Source: a virus
IMG/VR virus record: IMGVR_UViG_3300042934_001053
Coordinates: 1-49,415 of that record
Strand: one strand, 5' to 3'
DNA: 49,415 nucleotides
Made by a program: the position numbers and the translations under genes
In this document: one piece after another, positions 35,288 through 42,933 of the stretch
Layout of the letters: each line of letters opens with the position of its first letter
Numbering within the stretch: the first letter of the stretch is position 1
Notes under the pieces: model-generated
Seen by the model: only the letters and a program-made list of their open reading frames with translations
Told to the model about the DNA's origin: nothing
Database searches by the model: none

Positions 35288-35312
35288 CTAGTGTGGGAAT
35301 AATGTGGGAAAA
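35288..35312. repeat. Arm-type repeat CTAGTGTGGGAATAATGTGGGAAAA (copy 1)
   Basis: It is a perfect 25-bp direct repeat of 35506-35530. Additional TGTGGGAA sites are at 35240-47 and 35253-60. Confidence 0.85.
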
Positions 35313-35365
35313 TAGAAAAACACCTAAGTTCACATTATTGCAAACCTAGATGTTTCAATGCTTCT

Positions 35366-35414
35366 GGTGCGCCTGACAGGAGTCGAACCTGCGACCATTG
35401 GATTTGCTTTCCAA
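35366..35414 (-). other. attP core: 3' portion of a tRNA gene (T-arm, acceptor 3' strand, CCA, and possibly the anticodon arm)
   Basis: Minus strand: TTGGAAAGCAAATCCAATGGTCGCAGGTTCGACTCCTGTCAGGCGCACCA. It contains the T-loop GGTTCGACTCC and a terminal CCA. No D-arm or 5' acceptor strand is present. Confidence 0.7.
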
Positions 35415-35505
35415 TAAATTGTTATTATTGATAGCTTTCTAAAATCATTGATAATACTATACTTTCACATTTGCTTAATCTAGTACTTTTGATAACAATC
35501 TACAA

Positions 35506-35530
35506 CTAGTGTGGGAATAATGTGGGAAAA
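35506..35530. repeat. Arm-type repeat CTAGTGTGGGAATAATGTGGGAAAA (copy 2)
   Basis: Perfect copy of 35288-35312, on the other side of the tRNA fragment. Confidence 0.85.
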
Positions 35531-35667
35531 AAGAATTATTTATGTTGTCTTATTTAAATCTCTTTTAAACCAAGATCACTTATCTAATCAAACCTCATTT
35601 AGTAGCGTTAGTGAGTTTGATTTAAAAATGTATTAACTAATAGAAATCAAATTCTCTAATGGCAGCA

Positions 35668-37953
35668 TTACATTTTATCTATAGTATTTAAGATATAATC
35701 CATTTGATCATTTTCAATATTATAATTATCAATTAAATCTTCCCTTAGTCTCTTGTATTTATCTGTTAACTTCTCTATTTTATATAACTCTAATAGGACA
35801 ATTTTGTATTCATAATCCTCAGGGCTTTTGCAACAGAGTTCTTCTAATTTTTGTATTGCTATATCACAATTTCCAGATTCCTTAAATGCCAAAGCCTTAA
35901 GAAAAAGAGACCAATCATGATTTTTGTTAATAATAATTAAATCAGTACAACAATTATATATAAATTTAGTAAGATTTCCATACCCGTTTTTTTGTAATAT
36001 ATTTGACATAAAAAACGCTGCATCTATGAATCTATTATTACTTATTAAATTTGTTAGATCTTTAGCATCATCTTCATCAATTATAATTTTAAAATTATCA
36101 AATACTTTATTTATGTTATCATTAAGCTCATCCTTTAATAAAACATCATATGTTCTTTTTGAAAATTCTATATATGATGCTAATTTACTATCAAAATATA
36201 TTTCACTCAATAATCCTAAACATATTAGAACATTTTGTATACTGCATTTTGATTTATTTATGATAGACATAACAAATTGCATATATTCTAAGTTATAAAT
36301 AGCACCGCTTTTTTCCTTGGAATTTAAATATTTTAGCCCTTCTGATTTTAACTCAATACTGATGATAGCAAGCATAGAATAATAAACAAAATATAAATCA
36401 TCAATATATGCATTTTCTTTTAACAAAACAAATATATCATTATTTTTTGATAAAGTAATTTTACCAAAAGCATATATATAGTTCAATCTAATATGAGGAT
36501 CCTCTTTATTTTCTTCATATGTATTAATTAAGATATATAATAAACTTTTTGGACACCAAGTATATGATGCCATAAATAAACCAACAATTTTAATCTTTTC
36601 ATCTTGTGGTGTATCATCACTCATAAGCTTTTGATAAAAAAACTCATGGGATAATCTATAATCAATATAATCATATGATTTGTAGTTAGTTGATACTATT
36701 TCAGTAATTTGGATTTTTTTAACTATAGAAGAGTGTTGAAAAGTTTGTTTAAAATATTGTAACGATTCCTCAGTCCCTTGGCTTATATACTCTTCATAAT
36801 ATTTATCATAGTATTCTATACTGGAATAATCTACATTTACGTTAAAGCTAGTTGGAACACCATTATTGTCAAACGGTCTTTGAGTCTGATGTTCAACTGA
36901 TATAACATCATGAAGTACAGAGTTATTCATAAGATATTGTCTAAAAATAAGTTCATTTGAACAAATACTTTTAAACAGACTAGAAAACTTAGTGTATGTG
37001 TTTTCCAAGTCGTCTTGGGTACATTTATTAAGCATATCTAATATATCATTCAAATCTGCTGTTATATCTATATGACCACAGATTTTATTTCTTACATCTC
37101 TTAAAGACTGTATTTTTTCTTTATATTTATAGTTCTCTTTAAAATTCACTAGTATAGTATATGCCTTTTCAAATGATTTATTTTCCAGATATTTATTCTC
37201 TATAATTAAATCTAACCCATCCATCGCCTGTTTTGCATCTGCAGCAACATTCCTTGTAAACAAGGCATCAGAATAATTAATTAAATCGAGTATTAGCAAT
37301 TCCTTAAATAGATTTCTTATTAAAGAATTATTATCAATTTTTAAAATCCTTAATTCATAGTTAATAATAAGTTCTAAAGACTTTAGAATCCCAGCTCTTT
37401 CATGAAGTGGATGACCGGACAAAGCTGCCACCGTATTAGGACGAGTTAATGCAAGTACATCATTTGCAATTCTCGGTCTATTCTCTAAATCCATTACAGA
37501 TGATATAGATTCTACATCTTTTCCTATAGTACTTCCAATAATATGTAGGATGCTTGTAAAATCCTCATACCAAACTTCATTTTTAAACATATTATATATC
37601 TCGATGATACTTTTAATAAAAAAATCTATTTTATAGTATTCAATCTCGGACCATATATCAATTCTTGTTCCAAAATCCATTACTTTAAAATGCCCACCGA
37701 AACTGTTTCTTTGCTTGTACAAAAACTCTTTATACAGTTCCTCAAGCGCATTTAAACTTCCTTTTATTCTTTTTCTTCTACTTTTTTCATTTATATCTAT
37801 CTGATTATTAGCTTGTCTTGCAAGAGTAATAAATGCATCTAATCTGATCATTACAAATCTTGATAGAGCTCGTTTATAAAATCCACAGCTTTTTAACCTT
37901 AATAGTTGATCAAGTATGATAATTTCCTTAGTGCAATATTTTAACTTATCCAT
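35668..37953 (-). CDS. Large hypothetical protein with two HEPN-like RNxxxxH motifs and a C-terminal TPR-like helical region
   Basis: 761 aa. The motifs are KQRNSFGGHF (R82-H88) and VRNKICGHID (R288-H294). The C-terminal LKALAFKESGNCDIAIQKLEELCCKSPEDYEYKIVLLELYK looks TPR-like. Confidence 0.35.
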   Translation of the reverse strand: MDKLKYCTKEIIILDQLLRLKSCGFYKRALSRFVMIRLDAFITLARQANNQIDINEKSRRKRIKGSLNALEELYKEFLYKQRNSFGGHFKVMDFGTRIDIWSEIEYYKIDFFIKSIIEIYNMFKNEVWYEDFTSILHIIGSTIGKDVESISSVMDLENRPRIANDVLALTRPNTVAALSGHPLHERAGILKSLELIINYELRILKIDNNSLIRNLFKELLILDLINYSDALFTRNVAADAKQAMDGLDLIIENKYLENKSFEKAYTILVNFKENYKYKEKIQSLRDVRNKICGHIDITADLNDILDMLNKCTQDDLENTYTKFSSLFKSICSNELIFRQYLMNNSVLHDVISVEHQTQRPFDNNGVPTSFNVNVDYSSIEYYDKYYEEYISQGTEESLQYFKQTFQHSSIVKKIQITEIVSTNYKSYDYIDYRLSHEFFYQKLMSDDTPQDEKIKIVGLFMASYTWCPKSLLYILINTYEENKEDPHIRLNYIYAFGKITLSKNNDIFVLLKENAYIDDLYFVYYSMLAIISIELKSEGLKYLNSKEKSGAIYNLEYMQFVMSIINKSKCSIQNVLICLGLLSEIYFDSKLASYIEFSKRTYDVLLKDELNDNINKVFDNFKIIIDEDDAKDLTNLISNNRFIDAAFFMSNILQKNGYGNLTKFIYNCCTDLIIINKNHDWSLFLKALAFKESGNCDIAIQKLEELCCKSPEDYEYKIVLLELYKIEKLTDKYKRLREDLIDNYNIENDQMDYILNTIDKM

Positions 37954-38084
37954 TATATCACTTCCATTTATTTGTTATTATCCAATTGTACCCAAATTAA
38001 CTTTTCATATACCTATTATATCGCATATATATAAGTTCTTGTATTTCCATTGTTCTGAATTAACATTCCACTGAATAATGATTT

Positions 38085-38912
38085 TTATGGTTTCAAATAA
38101 TTTACCCCAAATATTTCTATATCTTTAAGTTGCCTTATGAAACTTTTCATATTTTTATAAAGTTCAGCTTGATAAACCTCAGTGATAACAGCATCTACAT
38201 AAGGTATAAAACAACTCATTTTAACATCCATAACATCATTTGGGTTGATTGATTTCTTCCTATCATAGATTTTCATAAATTGAGAATACTCCATTGCCCT
38301 AATTCCTGGCAATCTTTTTATGTCTAAGTCATTTATAATATCTATACCATGAACTCTAAGATCCTTTATAATAGTTTCCCTTTCTAATTTAAAGTATAGT
38401 TTTCTTAAATCGGATGGCTTTAACACATTAGATATACTGTAATAACTAGCTTTTGTGTCGTTCCATGTATTTGCTACTTCTTTAAGTCCAACAATTTCTA
38501 ATATGATATTATTTTTTATTACCTCGTTATTCCATAAATTTTCAAGAAACTTTTGTAATTCAAAACTGTCAGTCGGACCGAATGGAGAAAATGCATGAAT
38601 TATATTCCCATCGAGTACCACTTCTCTATTATTACAAAACGCATTATATTCCTCGTCAATAATTAGCTTATATGGAAGGAACATCATACATGGTATAATA
38701 GAAAAAATTTCTATGAATTTCTCATAAATGTCTTTATAAGGTTTCAGCTCAAAAACATTATATATAGAAAATACAGGTGCATATTTTAATGAATCTAGAT
38801 TTAAAAACTTATCTATAAAATTACTGAGACTCTGATTATTATTTAGCACTATTTCTCTGAGTGCATTAGTATCTAGATATACAAGTTTGTAGTCGTTACT
38901 ACCAATTTTCAT
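38085..38912 (-). CDS. Hypothetical protein with a PIN-like N-terminal motif
   Basis: 275 aa. It has KLVYLDTNALREIV near the N-terminus (a PIN beta1 D-T-N signature) and PYVDAVITE near the C-terminus. Confidence 0.3.
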   Translation of the reverse strand: MKIGSNDYKLVYLDTNALREIVLNNNQSLSNFIDKFLNLDSLKYAPVFSIYNVFELKPYKDIYEKFIEIFSIIPCMMFLPYKLIIDEEYNAFCNNREVVLDGNIIHAFSPFGPTDSFELQKFLENLWNNEVIKNNIILEIVGLKEVANTWNDTKASYYSISNVLKPSDLRKLYFKLERETIIKDLRVHGIDIINDLDIKRLPGIRAMEYSQFMKIYDRKKSINPNDVMDVKMSCFIPYVDAVITEVYQAELYKNMKSFIRQLKDIEIFGVNYLKP

Positions 38913-39049
38913 AATCTTACTCCTAAAACAGTAAAAAGTTTAATATATTTTCCAATATGCCTGCCACCTATGAACTGTACTCATAAAGATACTCATTGTA
39001 GCTCCCCCTTCGGTAGAACAAAAACGGATATATTTTATCTGATAACATT

Positions 39050-39793
39050 TTAAAAGTTATATTTGATAGGGTTTGCTGCTCCCTTCTTTCTATATTCCTT
39101 TGGAACTCTTTTACGTAAGTATATTTTTTTTATTGAATCATCGGCTTCATATCCAACGAATCCATACCTTTCTGGCCTATCTCCATTGAATTCGGGGAAA
39201 TTAGCTATAGTAGCAGATTTCCATTCAACTGGGATAAACACTCCTACAATGATACCTTGTTTAACTGCCAACACATAGTCTACTCTTTTTATTTTAGCTT
39301 TACTTAACTTCCATGCATATCTTGTTGCATCATAGATACTTCGTTCAGAAACAGATTTATTAATCGTAATCATGAGGACCTTATGCTCAAAAATAGCTTC
39401 TTGAGACATATATTTATTTATTATTTCTAAAGCATTCATAGGACCATACTCATTACTACCATGTCCACCCATTATGTTTGATACACCTGGATATGCATCA
39501 ATTAAAGCCGCTTCTACTTCTAATGCACATTTCTCATCCATCCCATGCCGGTGTATTACATGAATTACTTCTAAGCCAGCAACTATTATTTCTCTAATTA
39601 TTTGAATTTTATCATCAACTTCATCGAAGTTATCCATAGTAAGAGCACCTTTCATATGGTAAAAAACTCTATTTCCCTTACCTTTACCTATATAAAATGT
39701 TTCTCCATTTCTTGGATCTATAAGTCTATAAACATAATATTTTAATTCGTCAATTACCTCATTAGGAAACCTTTCCAATGCATTATTACTCAT
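39050..39793 (-). CDS. GIY-YIG nuclease-domain protein with an unassigned C-terminal domain
   Basis: YYVYRLIDPRNGETFYIGKGKGNRVFYH carries the GIY, YIG and Arg elements, with ALEVEAALIDAY downstream. 247 aa. Confidence 0.7.
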   Translation of the reverse strand: MSNNALERFPNEVIDELKYYVYRLIDPRNGETFYIGKGKGNRVFYHMKGALTMDNFDEVDDKIQIIREIIVAGLEVIHVIHRHGMDEKCALEVEAALIDAYPGVSNIMGGHGSNEYGPMNALEIINKYMSQEAIFEHKVLMITINKSVSERSIYDATRYAWKLSKAKIKRVDYVLAVKQGIIVGVFIPVEWKSATIANFPEFNGDRPERYGFVGYEADDSIKKIYLRKRVPKEYRKKGAANPIKYNF

Positions 39794-39939
39794 TATAAAC
39801 TCCTTTTCTAAATGTTTGTTAAAATATAGGCACTTAGAGCATTCTCCAGGCTATAACATTTAATTCTAATTAATTACTATTTATTCTAAACACTATTCGC
39901 AACATAGCTACCCTGAGCCATTTACTATATAAGATTATC

Positions 39940-40464
39940 CTAGGAATGAGTTAAATTAAAGAGTCTACTTAGAAGTTCGGAAGTATCTTTAATTTTCATA
40001 AATCTACTTTTAGGAATTTCACGGATAGAAGGTCTTTCTTTCTTTATTCCTAGAGAATTGCCTTTAGTATGTTTTGTTATTCTAAGATTATCTATGCCTG
40101 GTAATACTTCTCCTGGATTTCCTCCAAAAAATAAGTATTCTAAGCTAATTCTATTTTTTTCTTTATCAATATGCCTAGTCGTCCATACTACACATCCACT
40201 CGGTTTTTCAGCTAAGGCGACATTTATATTGACGGTAGATCTTTTTGCGCCTTCTATAGATGTCTTCAGTTGAATATGCCTTATAATTCCATTACACTCT
40301 AAAACTAAATCATAACCAGAACTATCTATTTCTGAGTGTAGTACTTCTATACATTGATTAAATTTAAACCATGCTTCTTGCAACACTTCTGAAATAAAAA
40401 CATGTTCAACTAACTGTTCATAAAAGTTTGACTTTACATAACTTTCTGTCTTTTCATCTACCAC
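39940..40464 (-). CDS. Small PD-(D/E)xK-like (DUF4365-like) protein
   Basis: 174 aa. HVFISEVL...EIDSSGYDLVLECNGIIRHIQLKTS has a D...(Q)xK arrangement. Confidence 0.35.
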   Translation of the reverse strand: MVDEKTESYVKSNFYEQLVEHVFISEVLQEAWFKFNQCIEVLHSEIDSSGYDLVLECNGIIRHIQLKTSIEGAKRSTVNINVALAEKPSGCVVWTTRHIDKEKNRISLEYLFFGGNPGEVLPGIDNLRITKHTKGNSLGIKKERPSIREIPKSRFMKIKDTSELLSRLFNLTHS

Positions 40465-40621
40465 TTTAATCTACCTCCACTTACTTAAACTGATTATAGT
40501 TTTCGTTTTTATAAAGTATCTCCTTGAAAGAAGATGATTTAATATAAAAAAATATTACCTTGTCTTACTTCGTAATATATCGAAATTTAGTACTTAAATA
40601 TTTACTTATATAAAATATACC

Positions 40622-40660
40622 ATGGTAATATATTCTACAAAATACTATAAATCCCTTCAA
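40622..40660 (-). promoter_or_regulatory. Accessory-cassette promoter box, copy A (TTGAAG-17-TAGAAT)
   Basis: 40622-40652 is identical (31/31) to 46570-46600. The -35 is at 40655-60 and the -10 at 40632-37 (minus strand). Confidence 0.5.
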
Positions 40661-40814
40661 GGTAACATAACCTATCAGATAATAACTACTAGCATTATCC
40701 AATTTTCTGATTTTCCTACTATTATATAGTTCTTCTATAGGTATTTTTACATTAAGTCATAGCTTTCTAATTATGTGCTATATTAAGTTCTACAAGATTC
40801 GTCTTACCATATAA

Positions 40815-40850
40815 AGAAAAGGAGCTTTATTTAAACTCCTTTTCTTTATT
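40815..40850. terminator. Weak bidirectional hairpin terminator
   Basis: AAGGAG-N11-CTCCTT is flanked by an A-run and a T-run. Confidence 0.35.
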
Positions 40851-41037
40851 TCTCAATTAACTCTTTTCAGTTTTTCTATATCAATACTAATAACTTCATT
40901 ATTTATACTAAGTGCAGCTCCCTCTTTTGCATTTGGATAATAAAATATACTAAATAACTACAACGTGCCCTTACAGAAATATAAGCAGTTCATATTTATT
41001 CTGCCAACATATTAATAAGCATAAAACCTTATGGTTT

Positions 41038-41640
41038 TTACTTTAGTGTATTAACTTTAACAAGATATGTATGTTCTTCAAGTAACCTTCTGTAATCACT
41101 TCTTAATAAATCTAATATTATTAATTCTTTTGTTTTTACATCATAATGCATAACATGCTCATCATTTTCTAAGTTAGCCTTATTTCTTAAGTTTGCTAGT
41201 ATACCAAATAAGCTTTCATGCCATTCTTTGTTATACTGAACCATACAACTTATTTTTAACTTATCTGAAATATTTTTGTCACCGTAAATGTTGTTGACTG
41301 CTTCATGTCTTCTACCATAAGCTTCCCCAAGCTGGTAGAATTCTTCAATCATGTCCATTGTTATATGTATTCTATATAATTCTTTACAATTTAGTTCTAC
41401 CATTTCTAAATCCTCCAGTACATCTTGTTTTATAACTTTTAGTGTTCTTGGCATAGTCTCGTCCCAGGTAATATACCCTTTTTTCTTTAACCGGCGTAAG
41501 TATCCATGTGTTGTAGAGCTAGATTTTAAGCCAACTAACTTCGTGAGCTCTCTTACTGACGGAGCTATCCTATTTTTATTTATGTATATATTTATCATTT
41601 GCAGCAACTCTTGTTGCTTCTTCGTTAGCTTTTCTCTCAT
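41038..41640 (-). CDS. LexA-type winged-helix DNA-binding domain protein lacking the S24 peptidase domain
   Basis: LTKKQQELLQMINIYINKNRIAPSVRELTKLVGLKSSSTTHGYLRRLKKKGYI fits LexA_DNA_bind. The C-terminal 120 aa are unassigned. Confidence 0.65.
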   Translation of the reverse strand: MREKLTKKQQELLQMINIYINKNRIAPSVRELTKLVGLKSSSTTHGYLRRLKKKGYITWDETMPRTLKVIKQDVLEDLEMVELNCKELYRIHITMDMIEEFYQLGEAYGRRHEAVNNIYGDKNISDKLKISCMVQYNKEWHESLFGILANLRNKANLENDEHVMHYDVKTKELIILDLLRSDYRRLLEEHTYLVKVNTLK

Positions 41641-41657
41641 TTCCCCAATCCCCTCGT

Positions 41658-41924
41658 TTACATCTTAAATAGCATCCATTTGCATGTTCGTAATTCATAC
41701 TTAAGTTCATAAATCCGTTTAGCACCATTAATAGTACTTTCACATTTTATAACTAGCATCTCATTTCCTGCTAATTTTTCCTTATCTATAGTCAGCATTC
41801 TATTAACTTTAATAACCATTTCACTTTCATCATCAGTTGTAACTTTAAATCTAACAGGATGAGGTATTCCAGTTTTTTCGAACCAACACACCATATCAAT
41901 CGGCTTTGCAATTATCTTCATCAT
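41658..41924 (-). CDS. Small hypothetical protein, first gene of the LexA-like operon
   Basis: About 88 aa from the ATG at 41924 behind GGAAGGTG (the track ORF runs to 41936). Its stop lies 18 nt from the next start. Confidence 0.5.
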   Translation of the reverse strand: MMKIIAKPIDMVCWFEKTGIPHPVRFKVTTDDESEMVIKVNRMLTIDKEKLAGNEMLVIKCESTINGAKRIYELKYELRTCKWMLFKM

Positions 41925-41955
41925 GACACCTTCCAAATATATGTTTGTATGGCTT

Positions 41956-41984
41956 ATTATATCAGAACATTAGTTCGTGTTCAA
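41956..41984 (-). promoter_or_regulatory. Promoter TTGAAC-17-TATAAT with an embedded Cheo-type LexA box (GAAC-N4-GTTC)
   Basis: Minus strand: TTGAACACGAACTAATGTTCTGATATAAT. The box is at 41965-41976. Confidence 0.65.
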
Positions 41985-42014
41985 GAAAAAAAATAAAAAG
42001 GAGCCTAAACTCCT
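41985..42014 (-). terminator. Terminator after the 198-aa membrane protein gene
   Basis: Minus strand: AGGAG-TTTAGG-CTCCT followed by TTTTTATTTTTTTT. It is a near-copy of the hairpin at 19934-51. Confidence 0.45.
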
Positions 42015-42052
42015 AGAACTTATTAAAACTAATAATATTATTTAATACAATA

Positions 42053-42649
42053 TTAATTATTCCTTTTCTGAATTGTATAGGTGTTGAAACCACCTTCTGG
42101 TGCATCGTTAAAATAAGTTTCTCCAGTTTCTTTTACATTCATAGCATATGTTATTCCGCCTCCACCATCTTTCACACCTTTAATCTCTAACTTACCTTTA
42201 GCTGGTACTATAAAACTTTTTACACCATGACTTATCATGAAAGGTTCTCCATAAGTCTTATCATCATGAATTAGTTGAACATAGTCACCATCTATTGCTG
42301 CAAAATCCCAAATACTAATATTAACTTCACTGGTCTTCGAATCCAGAATTATTTCTTGATTTCTCTGTTCGATTTTCTTGTCCTTATCAAATAATACTGC
42401 TCCTGGATAACTATCTTTTGAGATACCTGAGTTTATTATTTGCTGTACAGCTACACTAGGTTTAGATAATAGAAGTAATAATAAAATACAGCCTATAACT
42501 TCCAACACTAAAAAGATAGAAGCAATAGCAGCTATAACCTTAAACATTGATTTAGTCTTCCTCATAATAAATATTAGCAAACAAATTAACGCTCCAGACA
42601 ATCCTATCTTTAAGAATGTAACTACTATGTTATAGAATGAATTAAACAC
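42053..42649 (-). CDS. Hypothetical membrane protein (2 TM segments plus an extracytoplasmic domain)
   Basis: 198 aa. The TM stretches are VTFLKIGLSGALICLLIFIM and VIAAIASIFLVLEVIGCILLLLLL. Confidence 0.55.
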   Translation of the reverse strand: MFNSFYNIVVTFLKIGLSGALICLLIFIMRKTKSMFKVIAAIASIFLVLEVIGCILLLLLLSKPSVAVQQIINSGISKDSYPGAVLFDKDKKIEQRNQEIILDSKTSEVNISIWDFAAIDGDYVQLIHDDKTYGEPFMISHGVKSFIVPAKGKLEIKGVKDGGGGITYAMNVKETGETYFNDAPEGGFNTYTIQKRNN

Positions 42650-42765
42650 ACATATCAGTCCTTTAATCTATTTAACAGAATTTAATTTTCTAAAATCATA
42701 AATATTTCAGAAATGATGAATGACTTCGCTTTATTAACAAAGTCTTTATCAACTTAAACACTATA

Positions 42766-42838
42766 TTTTTACAATATTCTACACAATATAAAAAAATCCT
42801 TCAAAATAATAAAAAAGTCAGAAGGATTTCTCACACTT
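42766..42838 (-). promoter_or_regulatory. Accessory-cassette box, copy D (diverged): TTGAAG-17-TAGAAT plus a degenerate hairpin
   Basis: The -35 is at 42799-804 and the -10 at 42776-81 (minus strand). AAAAAAGTCAGAAGGATTTCTC resembles AAAAAGCCTAGAAGGATTTCTC. Confidence 0.4.
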
Positions 42839-42933
42839 GGAACTGTTACTTAATTATTCAGGAAAATTCTCATACTATTATATTTATCTTATGTTTTATC
42901 CTAGATTAATATATTTCAAAACGAAGTTTCAAT

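Noticed and set aside
35366-35440. The possibility of a complete tRNA gene.
   Set aside because: Only the 3' part is present (possible anticodon arm, T-arm, acceptor 3' strand and CCA). The sequence upstream has no D-arm or complementary 5' acceptor strand, and positions 32-33 of the putative anticodon loop are atypical.
35288-35530. The possibility that the 25-bp perfect repeats form a mini CRISPR array.
   Set aside because: There are only two copies, separated by 193 bp that contain a tRNA fragment. The repeats have no palindromic structure, there are no cas genes, and the location next to int fits arm-type integrase sites.
40855-40960. An open minus-strand frame ending …SIFYYPNAKEGAALSINNEVISIDIEKLKRVN*, downstream of the LexA-like gene.
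   Set aside because: It has no start codon or RBS and only about 33 codons before an upstream stop. It may be a gene remnant, but that cannot be supported.
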